A program made the position numbers and the translations under genes. The notes under the pieces were generated by a model. The model made no database searches. It saw only the letters and a list, made by a program, of their open reading frames with translations, and was not told the DNA's origin. Shown here in pieces: positions 28,894 through 40,735 of a DNA stretch of 64,000 bases. This DNA comes from an uncultured Candidatus Saccharibacteria bacterium (lineage in GTDB: Bacteria; Patescibacteriota; Minisyncoccia; Phycocordibacterales; PALSA-1337), in assembly GCA_964357605.1 (NCBI GenBank), contig CAYHLX010000002.1:569-64568 (forward strand), given 5' to 3'. The number at the start of each line of letters is the position of its first letter. The stretch's first letter is position 1.

Positions 28894-29735
28894 AGATGAC
28901 CTTGATTATACTTCTTAGTGAGCCTCTGTAAAGAAGTAAGGATCGTTTTGTTTTTAGCAAAAAGAACACTAGTACTGAAACGATCATTTACTTTCCTAAA
29001 TAGATTTAGCGGTTGGCCAGAGAAATCGCTCGTGAATCCACCCTGCTCTTCCACAAAAAGACTTCCCGCAGCAATATCCCAGGGTTTGATATCTGGAGTC
29101 AGATACGCTCCTGTAATACCAGAGGCTAGGAGACAGCCATCAAAAACCGCCGAGGCTGACCGACGCAAATCTGATGAAGCCAGCCAGAGATTTTTATAAA
29201 GTTCAAAAGCTGGATCGGCTACTTCTTTTGTGCGTACATGGGGGAAACCGACACTGACCAAACTTTGAGCGAGAGTGTCGTCTGGGGAAAGACAAGTGAG
29301 TTTTTTGCCATTATGGAAAACACCGTGACCACGAACAGTGTGAAAGATATCGTTATGTACTGGAAGACAATTGACAGCCATAACAACTTTTCCGTCCACC
29401 ACCAATGAAATAGAGACTGCGTAAACATCGAATCCTTTGACATAGTTAGTTGTCCCGTCTAATGGATCTATTATCCAGACACGTTTCCAATCTGGCGAAA
29501 ACTCATTAAGCGTCTCTTCACTCAAAATATGATCTTCGGGGAATGAATTCAGGATTGCCTCGATACACATCCGCTCCGATTCAAGATCCACTTTTGTTGT
29601 AACATCCAAGTATCCTTTGCCATTTGGTTGTTTAACAATGACATTATTTTTCTGTGAAGTACGTAAATAACGACCGACTTTGAGGGCGATAGTTTTTGCC
29701 ACTTTTAATTCTTTTGTGTAAGTAGATTTTTTCAT
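28890..29735 (-). CDS. Inositol monophosphatase family protein
   Basis: WIIDPLDGTTNY, WDIAAG. Confidence 0.94.
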   Translation of the reverse strand: MKKSTYTKELKVAKTIALKVGRYLRTSQKNNVIVKQPNGKGYLDVTTKVDLESERMCIEAILNSFPEDHILSEETLNEFSPDWKRVWIIDPLDGTTNYVKGFDVYAVSISLVVDGKVVMAVNCLPVHNDIFHTVRGHGVFHNGKKLTCLSPDDTLAQSLVSVGFPHVRTKEVADPAFELYKNLWLASSDLRRSASAVFDGCLLASGITGAYLTPDIKPWDIAAGSLFVEEQGGFTSDFSGQPLNLFRKVNDRFSTSVLFAKNKTILTSLQRLTKKYNQGHL

Positions 29736-30757
29736 ACAAGTTTTTTAAGTGATTCTACAATGCCCTGAATCGCTACTCCAATTCTTTCTTCATAACCAAA
29801 TCTTTTGCGAAGTTTAGCTTTACTAAGATAGATACGAAGTTGGTAAAGGGCTAACTTCTTTTCCAAATTAGATGGTTTTTTGGAGTGACCAAAATACCCT
29901 TCACAAAAAACATTAAAAATATCTTTAGAAACATATGTTCCATAAAAAGCGATATCGTAGAGTGGATCCCCTGACTTAGCTTGAGAAAGATCGATGGCTG
30001 CAATCACCTTATTACTGACCTCATCAACCATAATATTAGCATTATGATAATCGCCGTGAAGGGTGACTCCTTTTGAAAGAACAAGTAGATCTTCATTTTT
30101 ATTAAAGGCACTTTTTATCTCTTTTTCTTGTTTGGATGTCAAGAGATGGTGCTTGACCAGATATTTCAAGTTTTCCTCTAGACGTGCATGAATAGCTTCT
30201 TTCCATGTATTTTGGCTACCGCAAAGAACTTTTTCTTTTAATTTAAGAATTCCAAAACCTTCTATTGGGACAGTATGAAGATGTCGAAGAAAAGCTCCTG
30301 ACGAAAGTGCGTAGGCAGTTGAATCTTGAGGATAGTGTCTCAAATATTCCTCTACATCATGAGTACCGACATGCTCAAGAAGGATGTAATCAGGATCATC
30401 TTTTTTGTTTCTCAAAGTGACGTCATATACTTCTGGACTTGGAATACCGGCTCTGTGCCAAGTATCATAAAGCATTGCTTCAACCATAAAATGCTCTGCG
30501 ATCAAACTGTCTGTATTAAGACGAAATACAACTTTGAGTCCCTTATCTGTGTAAGCACGGAAAACGAGGTGATCAAAGGCATTCTTACCAACCCCGAGTG
30601 GTTCAACACGAGTAATGGCGGCGCCAAGTGATTTTGTCGCAATACGCGCCACAATTGTCCTCGCATCAAAATGTGTGTATCGATTCTTTTTACTTCTGAG
30701 AGCTTTGTCTGAAAGTGGCGAATCAGCCTTGGGATCAAAGATGGGGTCGTTTGTCAT
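29732..30757 (-). CDS. Aminoglycoside/choline phosphotransferase-family kinase
   Basis: LHGDYHNANI, IDL, GDPLYDIA. Confidence 0.9.
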   Translation of the reverse strand: MTNDPIFDPKADSPLSDKALRSKKNRYTHFDARTIVARIATKSLGAAITRVEPLGVGKNAFDHLVFRAYTDKGLKVVFRLNTDSLIAEHFMVEAMLYDTWHRAGIPSPEVYDVTLRNKKDDPDYILLEHVGTHDVEEYLRHYPQDSTAYALSSGAFLRHLHTVPIEGFGILKLKEKVLCGSQNTWKEAIHARLEENLKYLVKHHLLTSKQEKEIKSAFNKNEDLLVLSKGVTLHGDYHNANIMVDEVSNKVIAAIDLSQAKSGDPLYDIAFYGTYVSKDIFNVFCEGYFGHSKKPSNLEKKLALYQLRIYLSKAKLRKRFGYEERIGVAIQGIVESLKKLV

Positions 30758-30760
30758 ATC

Positions 30761-32089
30761 TCAATTCAGCCTTGCGAATCCGGAATGGGTAATAGGACCT
30801 CTAAGACATTTATTTACAGTATTGGTGTCAATCGCCTTTTTCAAAATTGCAAAAGCCTTATTTACGGCTTTCTCATATTGCTTAACATGTGCGTCAGTAT
30901 GCGCTAGCGTACCAAAGAAAAGGGTGCTCGCTAAAATCCCCTGATCAAGCATTTCTTGGATAAAAAGAGTCTTCAGAGCCTGAGCCTCAGTACCAGAAAA
31001 AGAAAAGCTCGTGATGGTATCACTTCCAGCAATAGTTAGTGGTATCCCATATTTTTTACTAGCGGTAGCCCAAACTTGTTTTACTCTCTTACCAACCTTG
31101 GCCAATTGACCAGCGGTATCTCTTTTCACCAGTTTTTTAATGGTAACCAAGGCCGCAGTTGGACCGATACGTTCAGTCCAGTTGGTACTAGAAATAAAAG
31201 TGGTTTGAGCCGCTTCCATAACCTCTTTTTTACCGATAACAGCAGCCATCGCATACCCATTCGCCATCGCTTTAGAAAAAACAGCTAGATCTGGCACCAG
31301 ACCATAGGCTAGATGCGAACCACCCTTCGCAAATTTGAATCCTGCGGTAATCTCATCAGCAAGAAGGACTGCGCCACTGGTGTTCGCAAGCAAACGAACC
31401 TTTTCAATAAATTCTGGAGTTGGTGGTTTGCCTTTAACTGGCTCCAAAACAATAGCTGCGAGATCCTGGCCGGCAATCTTCACAGCTTCTTCAAGTTCTT
31501 TGATGTCATTAAAATGAAATGGAATGAGAGTACCCTTTAATCCACGCGGGACACCACGTGGTTCAAGTCCGGGCAAAAGATGTCCATCAAGAGTTTTGTC
31601 GTCAGCCAGATTTGCAGAGAGATACCAATCACTCCAACCATGATAACCACAGAAGGCAATAGTGTCCCGACCAGTATAAGCTCTGGCAATACGCACTGCC
31701 ATAGCCATAGCTTCTCCACCAGTTCTCGCATAACGTGCCATTTCTGCCCAAGGGTGTAGCTTGATTAGAAGCTCAGCCAGTTCTACTTCTTCAGGTGCAT
31801 TTAATGTTGCCATCACACCCTTATCAATTATCTTTTTTACAGCAGAGTCTACATCTTTATCCCCATAACCAAGTAGACAGTTACCAATACCCATAATGGA
31901 CATATCGAGATATTTTTTACCATCCAGATCCCAGACATATACACCTTTAGCTTTTGAATAGTAAGCCGGCCATTCTTCGGGCAAAAACATTTCTGCCCGC
32001 TTGGATAACAACTGATTCCCTCCAGGAATAAGTTGTTTGGCTTTTTTCCATAATTTTTGTCCTGTGCCATTTTTCAGATTCTTTTTCAT
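30761..32089 (-). CDS. Class III PLP aminotransferase (GSA aminomutase-like)
   Basis: TGGEA, GYHGW, DEITAGF, FSKAMANG. Confidence 0.93.
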   Translation of the reverse strand: MKKNLKNGTGQKLWKKAKQLIPGGNQLLSKRAEMFLPEEWPAYYSKAKGVYVWDLDGKKYLDMSIMGIGNCLLGYGDKDVDSAVKKIIDKGVMATLNAPEEVELAELLIKLHPWAEMARYARTGGEAMAMAVRIARAYTGRDTIAFCGYHGWSDWYLSANLADDKTLDGHLLPGLEPRGVPRGLKGTLIPFHFNDIKELEEAVKIAGQDLAAIVLEPVKGKPPTPEFIEKVRLLANTSGAVLLADEITAGFKFAKGGSHLAYGLVPDLAVFSKAMANGYAMAAVIGKKEVMEAAQTTFISSTNWTERIGPTAALVTIKKLVKRDTAGQLAKVGKRVKQVWATASKKYGIPLTIAGSDTITSFSFSGTEAQALKTLFIQEMLDQGILASTLFFGTLAHTDAHVKQYEKAVNKAFAILKKAIDTNTVNKCLRGPITHSGFARLN

Positions 32090-32123
32090 ATACGATAATA
32101 CCTAATATAACCACATTTGAGGT

Positions 32124-32160
32124 AAAAGAAAAAGGGGGTTCGCTTTCGCAAACCCCCTTT
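32124..32160 (-). terminator. Intrinsic terminator after the EamA gene
   Basis: AAAGGGGGTTTGC-GAAA-GCGAACCCCCTTT-TTCTTTT. Confidence 0.9.
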
Positions 32161-32175
32161 GTTGAATTCTGACTT

Positions 32176-33075
32176 TCAAAAGCTCCAAACAACTGTCATC
32201 GCTCCAGCGAGCCCTAGTCCGAAACAAACCCAATCAACCTTTTCAAACTGCTTTCTTTCATGAAAGATAAACAGCCCAATAAGTGAGGGGATGATCATTT
32301 CCGAACTGAGAAAGATCGGCTGAAGGACTGTGATCGGCGCTCCTCGATATCCAATGTACCCCAAGACAAGCGCCGTGAAAACAAGAATTGCCAAGACTAA
32401 CGTTACGGTGATATCCCGACGAGTCAATTTCGTAACCGCCTGCTGATCCTGCCCACCGTCTTTGTAGAAGAGAAAGATCAGAGTTGCCGAAATCAACGCC
32501 CCAAGATACCAACCGAAACCGAACACTGGAAGACTCACACCACTAAGTCCCCAATATCTCATGGCGAACACAGCTACACCCCAAATCACACTATACATAC
32601 CAACGAACACAAAAAACTTCATCGGCAAGTGGTTTTTGGTCGAGTCATTGCTACTTCGCCGATAATTGATGATGGCGAAGACCACAACAGCGGTCAGACT
32701 CATCAATACTCCTACGACCACTCCAGGGTTCAGGAATTTTACTTCACCAAGAATCAGGTAGCCCAGTCCCAGGGTGATGATGTCATCCCAGAACGTAAAC
32801 AAGGAAGTCCGTGATAGTGAGATCGCGATGGCTTTCCAACTGAAGTAAGCCGCGAGGCCGTTAAAAAAACCAACGACGACAATCAGGAGGAATGTATTGT
32901 CTACCTTTAATCCTCCCGATATAAGCATGAATACTGACGCAATTAACACGCAAAAGAAAAATTGCCACAGGAACCGTTCTGTCCGACAATGTTTGATCGC
33001 TGTCTTTTTGATGAGATACTGACAAAGCCCGTGGGCTACAATCACCCGTAACACTACTGCAAGTTGCCAAGACAT
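32176..33075 (-). CDS. DMT/EamA-like membrane transporter (self-contained unit)
   Basis: About 10 TMs in two repeats; own promoter, leader and terminator. Confidence 0.8.
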   Translation of the reverse strand: MSWQLAVVLRVIVAHGLCQYLIKKTAIKHCRTERFLWQFFFCVLIASVFMLISGGLKVDNTFLLIVVVGFFNGLAAYFSWKAIAISLSRTSLFTFWDDIITLGLGYLILGEVKFLNPGVVVGVLMSLTAVVVFAIINYRRSSNDSTKNHLPMKFFVFVGMYSVIWGVAVFAMRYWGLSGVSLPVFGFGWYLGALISATLIFLFYKDGGQDQQAVTKLTRRDITVTLVLAILVFTALVLGYIGYRGAPITVLQPIFLSSEMIIPSLIGLFIFHERKQFEKVDWVCFGLGLAGAMTVVWSF

Positions 33076-33162
33076 ATGAGAGTCCTTCTAAATCACATTG
33101 TTTATAGCCATTTGTGCAGACAACATGTCTGCAAATTTCAAAGGACTACTAAACAGTATGCA

Positions 33163-34311
33163 TTAAATATCTAATCTGTCAAGTATATCCTCCAGCGTCT
33201 CTACAATAAACTTCTGTTGTTTGTATGTGATGTTTGGAAAAAGTGGGATGGAAATTTCTGAGGCTACAAAATCCTCTGTCGCCGGACAGATTCCCTTTTT
33301 GTAGCCAAATCGCTCATAAAATAGATGGGTATGGACCGGTACATGATGGACTTGCACACCAATCCCAGCCATACGCATTTGTAGAAAAACTTCATCACGC
33401 CTATGTGCGTTAGGAGGAGTCAGTCTCACGGGATAGAGATGCCAAGCTGATTTCTCATGGTCACGTTCCGGCATAGGAAGAATAAGGTGGGGAATTCCCT
33501 TCAACAGTTTTTCATATCTTTTAGCGGCAGCTCTACGTTTTTTGATAAAAGAATCCAGACGAGTCAATTGACTCAAACCCAGAGCGGCAGACATTTCTGG
33601 CATACGATAATTAAATCCGAGTGCTTGCATCTCTTGATACCATTCACCATAGCCCCGACGTACAAATTCTTTGGCATCTTTGCAGATCCCGTGACTACGA
33701 AAAAGTCGCAGAGCTTTATCAAATTTTTGACTATCAGTAACAATGATTCCCCCCTCTCCAGTAGTGATAGATTTGGCCGGATGAAAACTAAACATCGTCA
33801 TGTCAGCCTGAGTACCAACAGGTTTACCATTGTAATAAGCTCCTAGAGATTGAGCGGCGTCCGAAATAAGCACAAGTTTGTATTTTTTTGCAAGAATCTG
33901 AAATGCCCGCATATCAGCTGGCCTACCAGCGTAGTCAACCGGCACAATAACTTTGGTTTTTTTAGTTATTTTTGACTTTGCATAAGCTGGATCCATGTTT
34001 CCAGTCCAAATATCCGAGTCTGCAAAAACTGGTTTCGCCCCAAGATATAGAGCGGCATTAGCTGTCGCGGCAAAAGTCAGAGCGGGAACGATCACTTCAT
34101 CACCTTTTTCAATACCAGAAGCAAAATAGGCCGCATGAAGAGCTGCAGTACCAGAGTTAAAAGCCACAGCAAATTTTGCCCCAACTTTCTTGGCCAAAGC
34201 TTTTTCAAATTTTTCTATAGTCGGTCCTTGAGTGAGCCACTTTGAACGAAGAACTTTGGTAACAGCTTTAATATCCGCCTCATTGATATCTTGTGTTGAG
34301 TAAGGAATCAT
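33163..34311 (-). CDS. pseC: DegT/PseC-type UDP-4-keto-sugar aminotransferase
   Basis: MIPYS.Q, WLTQGP, NSGTAALH, FSFHPAKSITTGEGG, LGFNYR; adjacent to pseB. Confidence 0.9.
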   Translation of the reverse strand: MIPYSTQDINEADIKAVTKVLRSKWLTQGPTIEKFEKALAKKVGAKFAVAFNSGTAALHAAYFASGIEKGDEVIVPALTFAATANAALYLGAKPVFADSDIWTGNMDPAYAKSKITKKTKVIVPVDYAGRPADMRAFQILAKKYKLVLISDAAQSLGAYYNGKPVGTQADMTMFSFHPAKSITTGEGGIIVTDSQKFDKALRLFRSHGICKDAKEFVRRGYGEWYQEMQALGFNYRMPEMSAALGLSQLTRLDSFIKKRRAAAKRYEKLLKGIPHLILPMPERDHEKSAWHLYPVRLTPPNAHRRDEVFLQMRMAGIGVQVHHVPVHTHLFYERFGYKKGICPATEDFVASEISIPLFPNITYKQQKFIVETLEDILDRLDI

Positions 34312-35355
<1,044 letters not shown>

Positions 35356-37191
35356 TTAAGGCAAGGATTTAATCAGCTCTGCGACACGTTCCGATGATTT
35401 TCCATCAAAAGAGTACTCCTGCAAAAACTTTTCTTGTTTTAACAAAAGCTCTTGATAATATGACTTGTCTGCAAAAATCTTTTTCACAATCTCTCTAGCT
35501 TCTTGGGGGTTATATAACAGAGGAATAAATGATGAGTAAATCTGTGAATGATAGTTATCAAAACGTTTCCAGGGGTGCAAAACTAATGGTTTTCTAGCAA
35601 GGATTGCTTGATAAATTAACGTGGTATTATTACAAATCACTGCATCACTAGCACACAGCAAAGGAAAAATATCCTCGTCGCCAGAAACCGTCCAATCTGA
35701 AGAAAAATATTCCTTGAGATATTCTTTGGTATAACTGATCAACTTTGGAGTACGACATTTAAAAAGAATTTGCAAGCCAGGACTGTCTCTTTGTATTAGA
35801 CGAACCGTCTCCATGAACTCTGCAAGTTGATAAGAGTCGATCGCAGAAGCATAGGTATCAGAAAAAGGAATGGCAACAAAAAGTATAGGTCTGGCCAAGT
35901 CTAATCCCAACCCTCTGAACAATTTTTTACCTTGTTCAACCCCCTTTATTCTTTCATTCACATACCTATCAAAACGCGGTGAACCTACCGAGATTAGTTG
36001 GCGAGCAGTGTTCCCTATTCTTTTATGCCATGAATTTATAATTTCACCATAGGTTAAAAGATAATCAGTCTCAATGCGACAAAATACTGATCTCGGATCA
36101 ATTGTGACCGTAGCATGTTGCATTTCTACCGAAGGAATACCGAGCTGTGAAGCAACTCGCGCCATAAGAAAAAAGTAGTGATGAGGACCACCAACAGAGG
36201 CCATCTGCAGAACCAGATTGGGCTTTTCCTTTTTCATAATCTTATACAATGTCTCTATATCAGCAATGATTCGGGGTGAATACATAATAATGTGTTCGCA
36301 AGCATCAATAACCGGACTCCAGTCGAGATCTCCCCTTACACCCTGAAGATAATTCTTGACCTGTTCCTTGGCATTCTGCCACTGCCCCAGAAACTTTTGA
36401 CCAATCTGTCTTGATATCTGCTCTTCAGTATGACTAATCGGCCCATGTGGATACATCACTCTCATACGATGCTTGAGGCGCTGTTTCCAGGGTATTTGCA
36501 GAAACATCTTACTCTCTAGGAGTATGATTTCCGTATCATCCAGAAGAGGTACAAGTGATTCGGCATGCATCCAATATCCACTCAAATAAATTTTTGTTTG
36601 GCGACGTGGTAAGAAGCTCACAAAAAAATTATAAATTTTCAAAAGCCGTGACTTATTTGTAGCAGGCTCAAATTTATATACTTTAGAAACGATCCGTTTC
36701 TGCGCCACCTCTTTTACTAGACCGACCATGCGAGCAGCATCTATAGTAGCCCATGGTTGGAAAGCTGATAAACACTCTGTCGTCGATACATCATTTATTG
36801 TTGGATTTGGAATGTGAAAATGTGAATCTGGATTCGATTTTTTAAGAAAAAGAAATATACGAACATAGTAAAATAGTTTGGCCAGATAGGCCTGCATGAT
36901 GGGTTCTGGGGCTTCGGCGATACGAATCTCTTTGTGTTGGAAAAAAGCCATTTTCGGCACACGATACCATTCGCGAGACACGTCATGCGATAATTTCCAC
37001 CACTCTTCCTCACCTGTTTCTGCATCTACAAAATTTCGTAGTGGAATAAAAGGAATATTTCTCTTTTGACATTCACGCTCAAGTAAAAAATCAAGACAGA
37101 TAATGTTTGCTTTCTTTTTTACTTGCTCTAGAGCTTCGTGGAGATGTCCGGACTCGTAGACTATAAATATAGTTTTATTTTTATCTTTCAT
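35356..37191 (-). CDS. Large GT-B-fold protein, candidate nonulosonate transferase
   Basis: EMQHA, YLLTYG, VGSPRFD; paralog of 37839-39731. Confidence 0.65.
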   Translation of the reverse strand: MKDKNKTIFIVYESGHLHEALEQVKKKANIICLDFLLERECQKRNIPFIPLRNFVDAETGEEEWWKLSHDVSREWYRVPKMAFFQHKEIRIAEAPEPIMQAYLAKLFYYVRIFLFLKKSNPDSHFHIPNPTINDVSTTECLSAFQPWATIDAARMVGLVKEVAQKRIVSKVYKFEPATNKSRLLKIYNFFVSFLPRRQTKIYLSGYWMHAESLVPLLDDTEIILLESKMFLQIPWKQRLKHRMRVMYPHGPISHTEEQISRQIGQKFLGQWQNAKEQVKNYLQGVRGDLDWSPVIDACEHIIMYSPRIIADIETLYKIMKKEKPNLVLQMASVGGPHHYFFLMARVASQLGIPSVEMQHATVTIDPRSVFCRIETDYLLTYGEIINSWHKRIGNTARQLISVGSPRFDRYVNERIKGVEQGKKLFRGLGLDLARPILFVAIPFSDTYASAIDSYQLAEFMETVRLIQRDSPGLQILFKCRTPKLISYTKEYLKEYFSSDWTVSGDEDIFPLLCASDAVICNNTTLIYQAILARKPLVLHPWKRFDNYHSQIYSSFIPLLYNPQEAREIVKKIFADKSYYQELLLKQEKFLQEYSFDGKSSERVAELIKSLP

Positions 37192-37828
37192 GATTAGAAA
37201 AAACATAAATACGCGACCCACCACATTCTTTATGGAGTTTATAGCCTTTATCTAAAAGAAATTGTTTTGATTGATCACCTTCTATTACTACTATTTTGGG
37301 ATAATTTTTCCAATCATAGGATTGTAGAACTTCAAAATCCATTCCTTCCGCATCAACAGTAAGCAAATCTATCTCTCCCTGCACAAGCTCCGAAAGAGGA
37401 CAAACCTTAACCTCCATTGTCCCTAAAAATTGTAGAAATGTTTTTTCTTTCCATTTATCTGCTTCATTCTTCTTAAAGGTGTTAACTGCTGGATCGGAAA
37501 ATTGATAGTATGTGAGCGTACCCGCACGACCAACGCCATTACAGATATTTTTATCCTGAGGACGAGCTTTATTGAAAAGTGATACGGTATGAGGATTAGG
37601 GTCAATATTTACTCCCGACCAACCTTTTTTATAAAGGAGGTAAGTATTGGAATAACGGTATGGATGGTGAGCGCCAACATCTACATATCGCCCCTGATCC
37701 TGACCTTTGAATAATTCCTGAAGGACTTTATCTTCACCAAATTGAGAATAAGTCTTGTACCCCAAAAGTTTATGTTTGAGATTTGAAAGTGTGTAGTGCC
37801 AAGAAACTGGAAAAAATCGTTTTAGCAT
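37181..37828 (-). CDS. FkbM-family methyltransferase
   Basis: YSQFGED, YVDVGAHHP...SNT, GWSGVNIDP, VDAEGMD. Confidence 0.9.
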   Translation of the reverse strand: MLKRFFPVSWHYTLSNLKHKLLGYKTYSQFGEDKVLQELFKGQDQGRYVDVGAHHPYRYSNTYLLYKKGWSGVNIDPNPHTVSLFNKARPQDKNICNGVGRAGTLTYYQFSDPAVNTFKKNEADKWKEKTFLQFLGTMEVKVCPLSELVQGEIDLLTVDAEGMDFEVLQSYDWKNYPKIVVIEGDQSKQFLLDKGYKLHKECGGSRIYVFSNHER

Positions 37829-37838
37829 GGATAGTAAA

Positions 37839-39731
37839 TTAGGTTTTTATGGACCGTTTTGTGAGCTCGAGAATAAGATCAGCATATCGCTCTCTCGAAT
37901 GTCCGTCAAACAAAAAGTTTTCAGAAATAAACATTTGTATCTTCTGTCTGATTTCATTTCTTTTTTCTGGATGAGAAGCTAGTTCTTTAAGAATGAGGCT
38001 GAATTCTGCTTCGGTCAGAACAATAAACAGAGCGCCTGCTTGTTTATACGGAAGAAAATGGAAATTCACTACCTGAGCATCAACGGGATTTAAAGCCGGA
38101 ATGACAACTGGCATCCCAAACTGTAGGGCTTCTAGGATAGCTGTAGAAAAACAAGAAACAACAGCATCTGCCTGCTGGTAAAGATGAGAGAGGGGTTCAT
38201 ATTGCACAATCCTGTGTGGTATATCAGAAAATACACGCTCAACAATCACACGCAATAATGCCTCATCTGCTGGTCCAGGACGTAACTTAATCAGGACATG
38301 AGCTGTTTTGAGCGACTTAACTGCCTTAGCTACAGAGCTAAAGTAGTTTTCGGCACTATATGAATCATAAATCTCAAACGGACGAATATCTGGCGCGATA
38401 CAAAGTACCGTAAATTTATCTTGAGGAAGAATTTTTTTGTCCTTGTGATCGAGTACATAATTATCAAAACGAGGTGAGCCGATTTCACGTATTCTCTCTG
38501 AATCATACTCGATGGATAGAAGTTCTCTTTTAACAATAGATCCGTAAGTCGCAATATACTCTGCAACGTGATCACGCGACCAAGAACCAGGGCCGAGATA
38601 TTCTATCCCATGTTGTAGCTCTAAAGACGGGATGCCAAAATTCTTGGCAACCAATGGTAGAACAGAAAAATGGATCTGGGCACTTACGCTAGCCCTCAGC
38701 AACACCACCTGAGGACGTAATTGCTCATAAAGAGCTTGAGTACCTTCAATCTCAGAGAGAATTTTTTCAAAACCACCAACAATGTCGTGAACAGCATTTA
38801 GCAATAAATTATCGAATGTATAACCTCGCCAGAAAAAAACTGGCGAGATCTTATCTCTAACATCATTCCATAATTTACCGAATTTTTGAGTCTCGATTTT
38901 CACAAGGTTACGTGTTTGGCTTGATAGAAAATTTTCTGTATGCACAAATCTCATCCTATGTCTGATAAGTACACGCCAATTGATATCTAATATTTCAGTG
39001 CGGTCCAGAAAAATACACTCTGCTTTTTTAAGCAGTTCAATGGATGATTTCAGATTTCTCCAATGATCACTGATTAGTAAGCGAGGATGACCAGGTTGGC
39101 GAAACATAATAATTGCCATATTCCATATTTTAAGGAAAAGACCAAAAGTTATTCGTTTAAATGAAAAAATTAATGGTCTCATAGAATTACGCATAACAAC
39201 CAACGTTTTGAAGAGTGGGATCACTGTAACTACCATGCCTCGAGTAGAAGCAATGTTCTTCGCGCAATCAATTACTACATTTATTTCACGAAAAGCTAGA
39301 GTACCAAATGTCTTCGAGATGGTCTCACTGGGAGTAAAAAGTTTGAATTCTAGTGCATCTGGATGTTTTTCCATCACAGAAATCAATAAATTACTGTAGT
39401 AGTAGACACGTTGCAAATAAGCACGAAACATAAACTGAAAAATCGTCGGTAAAAAAATATTCTTATACTGGAATCCCCCCCACTGTGGATCAGTAAAAAA
39501 TGCGGTGATCATTTCATCTTCTTCCTGCAACTGATTAGGAAAAACTTCTTTATATTTACTGATAGAAGTAAAAGGAATTTTTTGTTCTCTTAGCTTAGCT
39601 TCTATATCCAAGGACAAGGCTATAACTAATGAGTCAATTTTTTCTTTAGGGTTTTCGGCAAAAAAACGCTGAAGTTCCTCCACATGTCCCAATTCATAGA
39701 TAAGAAAAATAGTTTTAGATTTATTTTCCAT
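37839..39731 (-). CDS. Large GT-B-fold protein, candidate nonulosonate transferase
   Basis: ELQHG, IATYG, IGSPRFD, KLRP, STAILEA. Confidence 0.65.
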   Translation of the reverse strand: MENKSKTIFLIYELGHVEELQRFFAENPKEKIDSLVIALSLDIEAKLREQKIPFTSISKYKEVFPNQLQEEDEMITAFFTDPQWGGFQYKNIFLPTIFQFMFRAYLQRVYYYSNLLISVMEKHPDALEFKLFTPSETISKTFGTLAFREINVVIDCAKNIASTRGMVVTVIPLFKTLVVMRNSMRPLIFSFKRITFGLFLKIWNMAIIMFRQPGHPRLLISDHWRNLKSSIELLKKAECIFLDRTEILDINWRVLIRHRMRFVHTENFLSSQTRNLVKIETQKFGKLWNDVRDKISPVFFWRGYTFDNLLLNAVHDIVGGFEKILSEIEGTQALYEQLRPQVVLLRASVSAQIHFSVLPLVAKNFGIPSLELQHGIEYLGPGSWSRDHVAEYIATYGSIVKRELLSIEYDSERIREIGSPRFDNYVLDHKDKKILPQDKFTVLCIAPDIRPFEIYDSYSAENYFSSVAKAVKSLKTAHVLIKLRPGPADEALLRVIVERVFSDIPHRIVQYEPLSHLYQQADAVVSCFSTAILEALQFGMPVVIPALNPVDAQVVNFHFLPYKQAGALFIVLTEAEFSLILKELASHPEKRNEIRQKIQMFISENFLFDGHSRERYADLILELTKRSIKT

Positions 39732-39733
39732 AA

Positions 39734-40735
39734 TTATTTTATAGCATCTACTACGGCTTCCAGAGAAATTTCATTGATACAGTCAGGATAATCTTTATAA
39801 ACATGCCTCTCTGCACAAGCTTCATCATGAGAAAAAACGGTGATGGGTGCCTTTAAGCCATACTGTTCGGGAAACCACCAGTTGGGAGCTAGGCAGGTGC
39901 GTAAAACCACCAAGGACTTACCGATTTGTGCGGCCAGATGAGCTACCCCCGTATCTAGACTTATAACCCCAGAACTTTCTCTAATCAAATTCATGAGCTC
40001 CTGCAAAGTCACTTCACCGGCGATGACCTGAACAGGAAGACTCTTCGAGATCAACAAAGCTTCTTCTTTATCATTTTTACCGCCACTAATTATTATTTTG
40101 ATTTCAGGATTTCTCTCGACTAGAATAGTGAGCAACTCTCTTTTTTTATCAGGACTCATCCCCCGCCCAGCATTACCAGCAAAGAGATGGGCAATGATAA
40201 ACTTCCCGGTTTTTAGAGAAAAACGATCAAAAACTTGAGTATCTTTTACAAAGGCCATTGTTGGAACCGGCTTAGACACCGGAACTCCCGCCACCTTCAG
40301 AACTTCACGTTCATGCCAAGCCACTGCTTGGTCAGATCGCACAGGTAGGATCATAGAAAAGAGTAACTTATTCCAAACCGAAATATCACTAAACCCAATC
40401 AGTGCACCGCGACGGGCTAGAAGTCGCGCCACAAGTTTGCTCGCTAGACCAAACTTCCCTCCACGTTTACCAGAATACTGTGTCACGACCAGATCACTAC
40501 CACGATACTCTCTCCACAACTTCATCACCACACGTGGGTTTCGGCGATTCGCCTCAATCACTTCTATCCACGGATAAGCCGCAAATAGATCCTTGATCAT
40601 TCCTCCACGGCTAGCAACTACGATAGCGCAACGGGCCTCTGGAAATTCTGCGTGAATATTCTCCAACAAATATTTTGCCATCAGACAATCACCAATTGAA
40701 GAGGCGCGAAATGTAATCGCTTTTTTTATCGTCAT
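39734..40735 (-). CDS. Glycosyltransferase family 9-like
   Basis: SSIGDCL, SLDTGVAHLAA. Confidence 0.88.
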   Translation of the reverse strand: MTIKKAITFRASSIGDCLMAKYLLENIHAEFPEARCAIVVASRGGMIKDLFAAYPWIEVIEANRRNPRVVMKLWREYRGSDLVVTQYSGKRGGKFGLASKLVARLLARRGALIGFSDISVWNKLLFSMILPVRSDQAVAWHEREVLKVAGVPVSKPVPTMAFVKDTQVFDRFSLKTGKFIIAHLFAGNAGRGMSPDKKRELLTILVERNPEIKIIISGGKNDKEEALLISKSLPVQVIAGEVTLQELMNLIRESSGVISLDTGVAHLAAQIGKSLVVLRTCLAPNWWFPEQYGLKAPITVFSHDEACAERHVYKDYPDCINEISLEAVVDAIK

